From NCBI GenBank assembly GCA_951406725.2, contig OX597826.1, positions 32,302,001 through 32,366,000 on the forward strand: a DNA stretch of 64,000 bases, given 5' to 3'. Under the pieces are notes generated by a model. It made no database searches and was not told where the DNA came from. It saw nothing but the letters and a program-made list of their open reading frames with translations. Position numbers and translations under genes: made by a program. The stretch comes from Octopus vulgaris (taxonomy: Eukaryota). Positions 26,272 to 39,826 of the stretch are shown here, one piece after another. Within the stretch, counting starts at the first letter, position 1, and every line of letters begins with the position of its first letter.

Positions 26272-26420
26272 TGGTATAAATCAATAGTATTTTATTTTGG
26301 TCATTTCACTTTCTTCTTACTCTGAATTTCATCTGTAGACACTTGAGATCTTCAGGCCAGATCTTGTGCACCTACAGGTGAAATTCAGAGTAGCAAGAGG
26401 CTGATGCAACCAAACTAATA
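26272..26420 (-). mobile_element. Penelope-like fragment with fold-back and degenerate hammerhead
   Basis: AAGAGTACTCAATACCA...TTTATT is shared with 42996-43035. Inverted arms at 26318-26338 and 26372-26392. Minus strand reads CUGAAGA...GAAA-UUC-A-GAG-UA. Confidence 0.5.
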
Positions 26421-26437
26421 TATATATATATATATAA

Positions 26438-26729
26438 TCTTCTATCTATTTCAGTTAATAGACTGCAGTCATGCTGGGACAATTACTTGAATTTTTATCA
26501 GTAGTTATTTGCTTTTAAAGCTTCTTTTGTTTCCCCAAACCACTCAGTTATGGGGATGTAAACACACCAACACCAGTTTTCAAGCAATAATTGGACACAC
26601 ACACACAAATATACATCAATTTCATTTGGGTGTTATTTGATAAAGCAATTTGTTCACTGCACTCTCTGTTAGTAATTACATCTATCTATCTATTTATCTG
26701 TCTATCTATCCATTCATCTCTCTCTCTCA

Positions 26730-26809
<80 letters not shown>

Positions 26810-27432
26810 GTGTGTGTATGCATGTGTGCCTGTGTGCACGTGTGTGTATGGGCTTTCTTCCAGTTTCTGGCAACCAAAAACACTCATATGGCACTGGTCA
26901 GCCTGGAGCTAGAGTAGAAGACCCTTTTCCCAAGGTATCATGCTGTATAACTGAACCCAGGACCCAGGGTCGGATTAAGACCCATTGAGGCCCTAAGCAC
27001 TTAAAAGATTTTGGTGTTCCCATAAAAGATTACATAATTCAAAATAGAAACAATATAAAAGTATAAAAAATTTTATTTTTCAAAACCAAACAAAACAGTA
27101 AGAGGCAAAATAATGTTTATTTCTGTATATTTCCACTTTATTTAGATTTGAAAAGTTTGCTCCTACTTTTTGAATTGCAAAGTCTTTGATCAGATCCTCA
27201 AAATTAATCTTAGGTAACACATCTGTATCAATACTTAGTAGAGATAGAGGCATCCCGAATATTATTTTAGCAAAGTTTAAAGTGATTTCTTTTGTGCTGT
27301 AAACCATTGACCATTTCTGTGGTGCCCCCTCCTTCCCTCGATGCCCTAAGAACGTGCTTATTTTGCTTAATGGTTAATCCGGCACTGCCAGAACCCCATG
27401 GTCAGAAAGCAGGCTTCTTAACCACTCAGCCA
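26438..27432 (-). mobile_element. SINE family C with internal (CTAT)n tract, interrupted by a hAT element
   Basis: 3' half at 26438-26610, microsatellite, core at 26850-26964; the head resumes at 27388-27432. Confidence 0.75.
26965..27387 (-). mobile_element. Internally deleted hAT DNA transposon
   Basis: TIRs CAGGGTCGGATTAA / TTAATCCGGCACTG; 8-bp TSD CCAGGACC/CCAGAACC. Minus-strand remnant LSLLSIDTDVLPKINFEDLIKDFAIQK matches the hAT C-terminal dimerisation region. Confidence 0.85.
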
Positions 27433-28699
27433 TACTCAAACATCAGGTTTTTCCTAATTGCAAATTGTCAATATGAAATAAACACATCGACCATACAGTT
27501 AGAATACACTTATAAAGTATGAGACAGACAAATAATTTTCTGGGAATACAGCTTACTAACAAACTATAGCGCTCACCAAAACGGACTTTTCATGTTTTTT
27601 TCCTGGATAATGCTGTTGTTATTGTGTTTTCTGCTAGCTGTGAAAGTAAACAGCAGCAGCACTGCCATATAATATTAAACTTAATGATGTGATCATTGAG
27701 GTTTAGCTGATATAAAGTTTTTCCTCTATACATCTGATGCACTTGGGCTCTAGACTAATGTGGTCTCAATTCTTTATATGACATCAAAGTAATAAAGTTA
27801 TGTAAATTTCACTTTACATCATCATTAAGTATATTTTATTTTTTTTTATTAAAAACAACAACAAAAAGAACCCACTACAAAATAATAAAATGAAAGCTGT
27901 TGAATCTTTAATGCTCAATAAAATACACCTTAGCTCTAAATCTGACATTTGTTTTCTTGTTTTGTGTACGCATATGTGTAAGAGTGTGCACGTGCGTGCG
28001 CGCGTGCGTGTGTGTGTGTGTGTGTGTGTGAGTTTGTTAACTGAAGTATCATAAAAAAAAGTGGGTGGAAAATGTTGCAATGCTTTTTATTACCATTGAC
28101 ATTTCTAAGAACTGTCACTGGAATTAGCATTTTCTTTAAAGATCGGCAGTGTAAGAGAGGAAATTATAAGCAGTAAATTGATAGAGAGTCTGGAAGTGTA
28201 TAGTAAAATATTTCTTGAAAAATTTTATGGCAAGGTGAAAGGAATTTTGAATGGTAATATATAAAAAAAAATAAATAAAATAAATAAAAAGATGGAATAA
28301 ATAAATAAATATATAAATAAAGACACTGCAAACTGACAACAGCCAAAAAACACTAATGATGTACAGAACCACATACAAAGGCACACACAAATACGCACAT
28401 AAACACACACACGCACACAGAAACATATACCATGTATATACACACATGCACTCTCATACAATATACATATACTAAAATCAAGATACATACACATGCACAC
28501 ACACACACACACACACATGCAAATATATACACATGTATCACTCATAAATGCATATCTATAAAACTTTTAAGACATTAACACAATTTTGAAATGTTGAGTT
28601 GAAGAAATATCAGAGAACATACTAAAAGAAGAAGAAGAAAAGAAGGAAAATTCTATAAGATAAAACATCTGTTATTTAAAATATAATAACGACGGAGGT

Positions 28700-28924
28700 G
28701 GGGATGATGATAACGACGATGACGATGATGATAATAATGATGACGGTGATGATGATGATGATGATGAGGAGGAGGAGGAGGATTATAATAACCCCCTTCA
28801 AAATAGGCCTAGTTTGTAAGTGTTTCTTTCATAGCATGTTGCTATTAATGTCTGTCTTTGTACTGTCCCCCTCATACTTCACTCTGGTGGTAAATAAGAA
28901 AAATCCTTATCTTCATCATCATCA

Positions 28925-28974
<50 letters not shown>

Positions 28975-28976
28975 GT
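28700..28976. repeat. (GAT)n/(AGG)n and (CAT)n/(TAT)n microsatellites
   Basis: Directly visible. Confidence 0.9.
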
Positions 28977-29524
28977 TAATATTTTCATTATCATCTTCTT
29001 TCAATTCTGTTTCCATTTCTTGCTGAGTGTCTTCCTGACACCTAGGGCAGAGAAACGTACTGTGTACATTGGTAGGCCATTAAAATAAAACACACGAAAT
29101 TGTCCATTTACAAAAGTCATGGGATATAGAGAAAGGGAAGAAAGACAGAAAAAAAGCAAAAAATAAAACATAAAAAGTACACAAAGAAAATAAAGGGGGA
29201 AAGGGAAAGAAAATTCACTGCTACAATGCTCTTCTCAATACGTGTTAAGACAATTTATCATTATTATTATTGTTGTTGTTGTTATCGTCATCAACATCAT
29301 CATCATTATCATTATTATTGTTATAACAAGCTTTGTAAAAAAACTAACAAACTATGCTAATTTTGAAATGATTATTATCGTTATTATTTTTACCCTCCCC
29401 CATCCTTTATGTTTATCCTCACACTAATTGTTTACTGTCCTCGTGATGTATCCCTCATCTATATCCCTGTGGTTAATAAAAGAAATTATTATTATTATCA
29501 TTATCATTATTATTATTATCTCTG

Positions 29525-30717
29525 AGGTGGTGTGCTGGCTGAATCATTAGCAAGTTAGACAAAATGCTTAGAGGCATTTTGTCTGTCTTTACATTCTGAG
29601 TTCAAATTTTGCCGAGGTAAGCAGTGCCTTTCATCCTTTCTGGATTGATGAAGTAAGTACCAGTTGTGCACTGGGGTTGGTGTAGATGGCAATCTCAAAA
29701 TTTCAGGCCTTATGCCTCTAGTACAGTGGTTCCCAACCTGTGGTCTGTGGGCCCCTGGTGGTCCACAAAGAAGTGGTACTAGGGGGTCTGTGAAAATGTT
29801 AAGCTGAAAGACCTTTCAATATCCTGGGAAAACTCATTTAAATAAAAGGGGTCCTTGGTAGTGAAAAGAGTGGGAACCACTGCTCCAGTAGAAAGGATTA
29901 TTATCATCATCATCATAATCATCATCATCATTGTCATCATTATTGACAGAGTAATGCATGCCATCAAAGTGACACTGGGGTACAACTATACAAAGCTCAA
30001 TATACCCATCATGACTACCTGTCTGATAGGGGTACACAAGGCACATGCATCACAACCATAAGTGCATGCCATTGTGATCTCCTATCAAGGTAAACAGCGC
30101 ATGACCTTGCAGGTGGGGCTCAGTTAGAATTTTGTTCATGTTGAATAGCCCATCCTGCTCAAAAGGTCCCTGAATAAGAGTTGTTCAAGGATGATGGATG
30201 AAGCACCCATGTTTCCAATAATTATTTATTCAAACCCCAAATAATTCCTCTCAGCACATTGCTATGATGCTCCCAGTGTTAAGCATGCCAGACAAAATAT
30301 ATAGCAGTATTTCTTCCAACTCTTTACATTCCAGGTTCAAATCCTGATGAAGTTAGTTTTGCTTTTCATATTTTCAGGCTCGATAAACCAAAGTTCTTGT
30401 AGAGCACTGCAGTTGATATATTCAACCTTGCTAGCACTAAGACTGTTGACCTTGTGTCAAAGTTTGGCACTATGATTCTCATCGCCTTTATTGGCAGCAA
30501 AATGGCAGAATTGCTAGCATGCTGGAGAAACTGCTTTGGGGCATTTCATCAGTCTTTACATTCTAAGTTCAAATTCCACAAGGGCCAACTTTGCCTTTTA
30601 CCTTTTTTTGGTGTGGGGGTGGGGTGTCAATAAAATAAGTACCAGTCAAGTACTGGGGTTGATGTAATCAACTTAACCCACCCCTAAAATTGCTGACCTT
30701 GTGCAAAAATTTGAAAG

Positions 30718-30749
<32 letters not shown>

Positions 30750-30996
30750 GTATTATTATTACTAAAAAGGCGGTGAGCTGGCAGAATCGTTAGCATACTG
30801 GGTGAAATGCTGCTAAGCATTTCGCCCATCGCTATGTTCTGAGTTCTAATTCTGCCATGGTCAACGTTGCCTTTCATCTTTTTGGGGTTGATAAATTAAT
30901 TACCAGCGAAACACTGGAGTCGAGGTAATCGACTGATTCCCTCCCCTAAAATTTCAGGCCTTGTGCCTATAGTATTATTATTATTATTATTATTAC

Positions 30997-31036
<40 letters not shown>

Positions 31037-31262
31037 GTCATTATTATTATTATCATTATCATTCATCTGGCAAAACCATTAGCACACCTGGCAAAATGCT
31101 TAGCAGCATTTCATCTGTCTTTAAGTTCTGTGTTCAAATTCTGCCGAGATCAACTTTACCCTTCATCTTTTTGGTGTCAATAAAATAAATACCATTTGAG
31201 CACTGGGGTCGATGTAATTGATTCCCACCGAAATTGCTGGCCTTGTGTCAAAATTTGAAACC
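29525..31262 (+). mobile_element. Cluster of five co-oriented SINE family A copies
   Basis: Copies at ~29525-29897, 30278-30470, 30495-30716, 30769-30972 and 31066-31262, mostly separated by (ATC)n/(ATT)n tracts. Confidence 0.85.
29724..29882. mobile_element. hAT (Charlie-like) MITE inserted in a SINE A tail
   Basis: TIR CAGTGGTTCCCA / TGGGAACCACTG; 8-bp TSD CTCTAGTA/CTCCAGTA. Confidence 0.88.
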
Positions 31263-32473
31263 ATTATTACTGTTGTTGTTGTTGTTATTAAAAAACAGAA
31301 TTTCAAAAAAAAAGTAAATCTATTATGCAACAATGCATGTTATCATATATAACGGACACAAAACTTTGCTATTTAGAAACAAACAAACAACTGCTCCCCC
31401 ATCTCACCCCCACCCCACCATCTCATGCAAAGAACTAAAGGACAAAAAAAAAATACAGATAAAGGAAAAATTCAAGGGTAAAAAACTTTGAAGAACTAGT
31501 ATGCTGCAAAAACAAACAAAAAACAAACAAAACAAATAAACAATCCCAAAACATTCACTTCGACTACGACTGGAGAAAAAAATAAAAATATTGTTTACAA
31601 TATTTGTTAGTTTGGTTGAATTGAATTCTTTCATTGGAATCGTCTGCTACATTTATATAATCCTAAACCTTTAAACAAGAATGAAGCTGGAACTGTAGAG
31701 TTTGGATTACTGGTACTGAATCATTTTGTTGAGATAATATCTTAGATGAATAAAAACAAACAAGCAAACAAGACAAAACTAAAACAAATGTCTGGCTCTC
31801 TCTATAGTTTGCTATCCTAAAATGAATAGCAAGTGCCGTTTCCTGTTTTCTGCACATATGAATGACATAAACAATATGAAATGGAATAATGAGATAAAGA
31901 ATGGCAAAATGAAACAAAGCATCACTAAGGAAAGCAAGGGTGGAGCAGTTGGGGGGAGTGCTTGTTTTTCTTCTTTTTGTTGTTTTATTAGGGTGGTATC
32001 TCTATATTGTTAGATGTTTTCAAAAATATTTCTGTGTACCATAATGCTTGTATTAAATTGCGTGTATTTAAGAGAATCTTTGTTTTTTTTTGTTTTTTTT
32101 CAATATGTCTGTATGGTTAACAATGTTTTTGGCAGTTATTTCTTACTGTTTGTTTTTGTATGGTTACTTGAGAATTCCTAGAAGGTGGAGAATCGGTAGA
32201 GTTTGCGTTAGGGTATTGGATAGAATGCCTTCTGGTATTTGTTCTGACTCTCTGCATTCTAAGTTCAAATCCTGACAAAGTCAAATTTGCCATCCAAACT
32301 TTCAGAGTTGACAAAAAAACAAAAAAAAGAAAGAAAGAAAGAAAACCAAAAAAAAAAAAAGAAAAAAAAGTCTGCCAATCTTGTATCATGAATTGGCAGA
32401 GCTTGCACCATCTGTTCCAGCTCATTAGGTTCTGACAGTAATTCTTGCAATCATAGCAGTGCTAGGCCATATT

Positions 32474-33088
32474 CTTTTCTATCCTTGGCACAAGGCCTGA
32501 AATTTTGGGGGAGGGGGCCAGTTGATTAGATCGACCCCAGTACGCAACTAGTACTTAATTTATTGACCCCTGAAAGGATGAAAAGCACAGTCGACCTTGG
32601 TGGAATTTGAACTCAGACTGTAAAGTCAGACGAAATACCTATTTCTTTACTACTCACAAGGGGCTAAACACAGAGGAGACAAACAAGGACAGACAGACGG
32701 ATTAAGTCGATTATATCGACCCCAGTGCGTAACTGGTACTTAATTTATCGACCCCCAAAAGGATGAAAGGCAAAGTCGACCTTGGCGGAATTTGAACTCA
32801 GAATGTAACAGCAGACGAAATACCGCTAAGCATTTCATCTAGTATGCTAACATTTATTTCTTTGCCGCCTACAGGAGGCTAAACATAGAGGGGACAAATA
32901 AGGACAGACAAGGTGATTAAGTCGATTAGATCGACCCCAGTATGCAACTGGTATTTACTTAATCGACCCCGAAGGGATGAAAGGCAAAGTTGACCTCAGT
33001 GGAATTTGAACTCAGAATGTAAAGTGAGACGAAATACCGCTAAGCGTTTTGCTTGGCCTTGCTAATGTTTATGCCAGTTTGCCACCTT
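32474..33088 (-). mobile_element. Head-to-tail trimer of SINE family A
   Basis: Three cores in tandem, flanked by the perfect 16-bp TSD AGTGCTAGGCCATATT (32458-32473 and 33089-33104). Confidence 0.92.
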
Positions 33089-33473
33089 AGTGCTAGGCCA
33101 TATTGATCCAGGCTGGATTTTTCTCTTGGATAAACGATAGATGGTGGTAGTGGTGGGTGAGTGGATGGAGATGAGAGGTTGCATGCATGGACAGCTGCTT
33201 GATTTCTTAAAGAAATCCTTTTCCAGGTTTTCATAAATATGCATAGATGTATGATCAAGGCTAATTAATGGAAACCCTGCATTCAGAATTCCTCTGTATG
33301 CTTGGAGGATATTAACTAACCTGACTTAGCAGCTCTTGTCAAAATGTTCAACCCATACCAGCATGGAAAACAGGCGTTAAATGATAATGATGATGATGAT
33401 GATAATGATGATGATGATAAATTTCTGTGTATATGAGGGTATGTATGATATTATATGTCTTTGCATAATAAAC

Positions 33474-33692
33474 AACTTAGCACTTAAATTAGTCATATCC
33501 AACCCAAATATCCTTCCTGTTTTATGTTTGAACCGACCAGATCTGACCTCTCACATCTACCCTACAATGTCATTCTAAAAATATACAACCACATTAATGA
33601 AATATCTTAGCTATGAGATAATACAGGATTAATTCAAAACAATGTGAATAAATAAGCATTACATTTGACAGAATAAGCTGAATGCTAAAGGA
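33474..33692. mobile_element. piggyBac-like MITE, second copy
   Basis: Collinear with 18872-19099; ends TGAATGCTAAAGGA|TTAA. Confidence 0.7.
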
Positions 33693-34112
33693 TTAAACAA
33701 AGAAAGGCCATATGATTAGAGCAGTCCATGGGACCAGTTTCAAGTATTAACATAACAAAATATCTGTCATCATCATTATCATCATTATACGTGCATATGT
33801 TCTGAGTTCAAATCCTGCCAAGGTCAACTTTGAATTTCATCTTTTTGAAGATCAATACAATAAAGTGCCAATCAAAGACTAAGGCCAATAAGATCAGCTT
33901 AAGCCCCTTCCCTCAAAGCTTCTGGTCTTGTACTTAATTCAGAAATCATTATGATGGAGTGAGAGCAAGCATAGCAAATAGAGCTTATTGTGTGTCAGAA
34001 ATTTTCAATACATTAGGATAAACAAATATTGGAGTATAACCACATTGAAATATATATCTAATTATATATCTACTTCATTGTGTTCGCTGCTATGGGAATC
34101 GCTACAAGTGTT

Positions 34113-34302
34113 CACATTACATGGTCACACTTGAGGACGAGAAATTATCATCGTTTCCATCATTTTTCATTTGTAGTCAGCAACGAAGCAGCAATAATAC
34201 ACACACACACACACACACACACACCATATATTTATTAATACTATATTGCTGGTTCTAATGAAAATGGTGATAATTTCTTGTCAAGTGAGAACCTGCAATG
34301 TG
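34113..34302. repeat. Diverged inverted repeat flanking (CA)n
   Basis: CACATTACATGGTCACACTTGA..ACGAGAAATTATCATCGTTTCCAT versus ATGAAAATGGTGATAATTTCTTGTCAAGTGAGAACCTGCAATGTG. Confidence 0.65.
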
Positions 34303-34303
34303 G

Positions 34304-34345
<42 letters not shown>

Positions 34346-35162
34346 ATCATATGTATTTATAAATATATATATATATAAATATATATGCATTCATACAATC
34401 ATACTTATATATATATATATATATGATTGTTTGTATGCATATATAGACACATATGTATATATACAGATATACATATACATATATATATATATACATATAT
34501 ACATATATACGTACATACATACATACATATATATGTATATATATAAGATATACGCACACACACTCACAGATAATATGTATACCTTCACCCCCACACATAC
34601 ATACACATGCATATGGCTGATGAATACTAATGTCATAACCTGCCATTAATATCTCTCTTACACCTTATTATTTTCACTGTTGCATAGTGTTTCAAAGCAG
34701 CAACACTGAGACAATTCACAAAATAGTCAACTTGCTTGCTCTTAAAGTGTTTCTCCATCAAGCGGAGTTATTGAACTGCCATCTGCATTTCATGCTAAGG
34801 AAGACATTAGCACAATATGGATGGATTATGTTGTTCAGCTTGCGAGTGTTAAATTCTCAAATGGTAAAGTGATAGGATTAGATTACAGAAAGGTTATAGA
34901 ATTACATTGCATTGACACTGCATGATAGAATTTCCTGGTAAAATGCATTATTAAACCAACTGCTTAATACTGTTTCTGAAATTCCTTGTCATACTGAATG
35001 CCTTTCCACAATGAAGAGTAAGTTTTTGTTGTATCAGTAAAGAATTAAATACACGTAAATGAGAATTTCTGGAAAAATGCCTTTTAGATTTGTTTTCTGG
35101 GTTTCAGCATATTTAATAATCACCTCTGATGATAATTAATCTTGTGTATATATGAGTGCGTC

Positions 35163-35202
<40 letters not shown>

Positions 35203-35204
<2 letters not shown>

Positions 35205-35455
35205 TTTTATTCTTTTACTTCTTGCAGTCATTTGACTGTGGCCATGCTGGAGTGCTGCCTTTACACAGACAAATCAACTCCAGAACTTATTCTTTGAAAG
35301 CCTAGTACTTATTCTCTCAGTCTCTTTTGCCGAACTGCTAAGTTGCACAAATGTAAACACACCAACATCAGTTGTCAAGTGATGGTGTGGGGACAAACAC
35401 AAACACACAAATACATATATACATACATACATACATACATACATACATACATACA

Positions 35456-35500
<45 letters not shown>
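35203..35500 (-). mobile_element. SINE family C 3' half plus (CATA)n
   Basis: Matches the family C 3' half. Confidence 0.8.
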
Positions 35501-35502
<2 letters not shown>

Positions 35503-35719
35503 GCGTTCAATTACAAAAGTTGCAATGACCTTAGAACGATTAAATATCAATCACAAAAATAACCAATCAATTTAATTATTTCATTCTTTACTTGTGCTTC
35601 AAAAGTACCTTATTTGAAGTTTTGCTCATTTAGTAATATAAAACTAACCATAAGTATTACATTTTCAGATGATAAATAATTAAATTAATTCTCACGCACA
35701 TAGTGACATGGTAACCTTA

Positions 35720-36440
35720 AAAGTGCTGGTGCTATGGAAAATAAAACACCCAGTACACTCTGTAAATTGGTTGGCATTAGGAAAGGTGTCAAGTCATACA
35801 AATGTTACCAAAACTGACAATGGAGACCAATGCAGCCATTAGGCTTACTGGGTTCTGTTGAATAGTCTAACATGTGCCAACATAGAATGCTGACTGTAAA
35901 TGATGGTGATGGTGATGATGATGATCATGGTGGTGATGGTGGTGATGGTGGTGGTGGTGGTGATGGTAGTGGTGATGATGATGATGACAATGATGATGAT
36001 GATATGTTTGCAGATGTATATGTGTATACATATTTATATGTATATATATATGTGTGTATATATATATATATGTGTGTGTGTATACATACATATATATATA
36101 TATATATATATCATCATCATCATTATCATTGTCGTTTAACGTTCGCTTTATATACTGGCATGAGTTGGATGGTTTGACTGAGGACTGGGGAGCCAGAAGG
36201 CTGCACCAAGGTCCAGTCTGATCTGGCAGAGTTTCTACAGCTGGATGCCCTTCCTAATGCCAACCACTCTGAAAGTGTAGTGGGTGCTTTTATGTGCCAC
36301 TGGCACAAGGGCCTGTCAGGCGGTTCTGGCAATGACCAGGCTTGAATGTTGTTTTTCATGTCCCACTGGCACATGTGCAGGTAAGGTGATGCTGGCAACT
36401 ATCATGCTCCAATGGTGCTTCTTACGTGCCACTGGCACAC
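35720..36440. mobile_element. Two convergent family B elements (plus 35720-35900, minus 36112-36440) around (GAT/GGT)n and (TA)n
   Basis: Both carry the GGCATTAGGAA(A/G)GG block and tails ending in (TGA)n. Confidence 0.7.
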
Positions 36441-36457
36441 ATACATATATAGTATAG

Positions 36458-36748
36458 ATGCATGGCTTAGTGGGTAGGTTGTTGCAATTGTGAGATCGTG
36501 GGTTCGATTCCCAGACCAGGCATTACATTGTGCTCTTGAGCAAAGCACTCCATTTCATGTTGCTCTGCAATCTTTTTGACATCTGACATGTGGCACCCAG
36601 TTGCACCTGTACAGGTAATGTCGATCTGATGGAGGGAGTGAACTCATATCTACATAAACATTTAATCACTATATACAAATCATCTGTGTGGTTGTTCAGT
36701 AAGAAAGCATCAAACCCTCATACATCGTCTAATGACGGGAGAGTCCAT
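36458..36748 (+). mobile_element. tRNA-derived SINE, family D variant
   Basis: A-box TGGCTTAGTGG, B-box GGTTCGATTCC and TGTGCTCTTGAGCAAAGCACT core. Head and 3' end are shared with 39827-40153; the middle differs. Confidence 0.75.
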
Positions 36749-37773
36749 TATATATATATGCCCATACATATGTATATGTGTATGTATGTGTGTACACAAC
36801 TGTTTCTTTCAGTTTCTTTTTACTAAATCCACATACAAGGCTTTGGTGAGCCTGGGGTTATAATAGAAGGCACCTGTTGAAGATACCTCACAGCAGAGTT
36901 GAATTCGAAACCATGTAGTTGGGAAGCAAACAATCACGATTTCATTGCAATCAAATTTAGAAGAATTCAAAAAATGCATTTTATCAGATTTTTTTTCTCT
37001 CCCCTGTGGAAAATGCTAGTGTAGAATCGCAAAGTTTCTAAAATGGACATAATTGCGTTTTCTTAATTGGTATATTCTATAAAGTTGACTTAATTATTCA
37101 AGTATTAAATATGGCAGATATAAGAGAGAGCGTAAGAAAAAGAAATGCCATTAACTTCCTGTTGAGAATTATGCATTTTTGTGCATTTGTCTGTAATGTC
37201 ATTACTTAAAAGAATATAACTTTATTATGCGAACTTGAAATATAGCATAGCTTTTAGCAAGTGCATTAATCTAATCACCACACTGATTCTGTACTTATAT
37301 GCTTTAGAACTCCATCAGTGTGCCAGTATACAATGCTGATATAATACAACTAATGAATGAAATTATAATAATACAGCAGTCAGGGTTAACATTCTAAGCT
37401 TCTATAACCTGCTGGTTGTTAAAATGTTCATTGAAATAATATGTCGATATCGTTATGCTAAATAAGAGCAGCAAGCATATAAAACAATAGAATAATGATT
37501 GTATTATTATGTTCTACAGGTATGTTAGAAACAACAGACATTTGTGCATTTGGTGGTTGGCAGGAAACATTTTAAACAAAAAGTAAACATCAAGGAATAA
37601 TTAAAATAGAAAATAGAAACTGAAAGAAAATAAAAAATAAAATGAAATTCTAATAATGACACTAATAAAAGTGAAATAAAAATCATAAAGCTTGAACAAA
37701 TTGGTAATTACATATTATTTTGAGATAGAAACTGACATTAAATTAAACAGTCTGTTTCATTAATTAATCCAGA

Positions 37774-37775
37774 TA

Positions 37776-37821
<46 letters not shown>

Positions 37822-37828
37822 TCATATA

Positions 37829-37859
<31 letters not shown>

Positions 37860-38209
37860 AGATATAGATATAGATATAGATATATAGCTATAGATATATA
37901 GATATATAGATATAGATATATAGATATATTTATATATAACGTTTTATTTATGTTTTATATCATTCGTATATGTACATATATATAATGTTTTATATAAATA
38001 TATATACATAAATTCATATATATATATGTTCATATACATACACACATATGCACAATCATGCACCCACACATCCACACACACATATAGACATATATGTATA
38101 ATATATATATATATATATGAATATATAATTCATACATATATATTTTCACACACAGATATATATGCATATGTACATACATACATACATACATACATACATA
38201 CATAATTAC

Positions 38210-38255
<46 letters not shown>

Positions 38256-38290
38256 TTATATATATGCATATATATGAGTGTGTATACATA
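37774..38290. repeat. (TA)n, (ATATAG)n and (CATA)n microsatellite region
   Basis: Directly visible. Confidence 0.9.
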
Positions 38291-38509
38291 CTGAAAAGGT
38301 GTTGTGTTAGCTGCCTCAAATTGGCTTTAAGATGGAAATAATATTTATATTTGCAATCTTTATTGACATTTTAGTTTTTAAGAGAAATTATGCTTCCAAG
38401 AATTTTACAAATATAAAATGTTTCTCTTGGAGAATTTCTAATGGAAGAATTTTGACAGCGATTGTCAATATTGGAAAGATTAATTACTTCTGATTACATT
38501 TTAATTTTG

Positions 38510-38571
<62 letters not shown>

Positions 38572-39826
38572 CATGAAAATATGTTAATATGCACAATCCC
38601 ACACAAGCATAGGTGCATACATATATACCTGTATAAATGGTGAACCAGATTTTCAAGCATGTTTGAAGAAAAACGGCTTTTTAATGATTTTCTATATTTA
38701 TTATCTCACTTCTGTTGTTTTATTGTTGTTTTGGGGATTTTGTATGCAAATTTACATAGATTTATAACAATGCTTCAAGGTTACATGATCTCATCATCTA
38801 TATAACTCAGTGTATGCACTTGTAAATGTGCAGATGTTTGTGTGTGTGAGTAAATATGTGTGTCTGTCTGTGTAGACATAAATATGCATGTTTCTGTTGA
38901 TATACATACATATATCATTATTTATATACTATATATATATATATATATATATTTTTAACACATACATATGTACATGTATACATATATGAATATGTGTATA
39001 TATATATATATGTATATATGTATTTTATATATTATAAATATACATATATATACATGCATACACACATATACATACATAGATACATACACATAAATATTTG
39101 TACAGGACACATAGCATTAGACGCAACAGGTAACAAAATCAAAGTTAATAGATGCACACATGTACATGATAATTTATTCACACAAACACACAGGTATTAG
39201 AATATTAGACACTGAGGCCCACAATGCCACTTATAAACTAGTAATAAACAATTTCTAATGGATAGTAATACAAACATGACCATTTGATATTAATAGGTGT
39301 ACTAAGATAATTATTATCCTTAATTAGAATATGGAAAATATACTTCATAGTTACTCCCAACAGATAAAGTTATTGGAAGATATTAACAATTCTTTTTAGA
39401 AGTCTATTTATCTCATGTAAATATGACCAAATAGTAAATGAATTGCTTGAGTGTTTTTCTAATTATAGATATCAACTAATGAGTGATTAGTCTTCACTTA
39501 AGTGATAAGGTGAATATTGATTTTTCGTCTTTTTTCTACTGATGTGGCTTTCTGTAGCCTTCTCTATGCACATGGGAGAATTTAGGCATAATGCTACAGT
39601 TTTATTGAAGCACTCATCAATCATATGGTTTCAGTACTACCACCACAGCCACTGTTTACTTACTGTGGTAGTTATTTACAATGAAGTTAAACATAAAATA
39701 AAGGATTTTTTTTTAAACCTAATGTATGACAAGTTTTTATTTATAGCTGATTTGCACCGAGATACAACATTAATAAAGAACTTATTTACATATCTCTCAA
39801 TGCTTCTACATTTAAGTACTAAATGT

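Noticed and set aside
31670-31741. 72-nt in-frame minus-strand exon (ILSQQNDSVPVIQTLQFQLHSCLK)
   Set aside because: The AAG acceptor and GTTTAG donor are both weak and the peptide is unrecognised.
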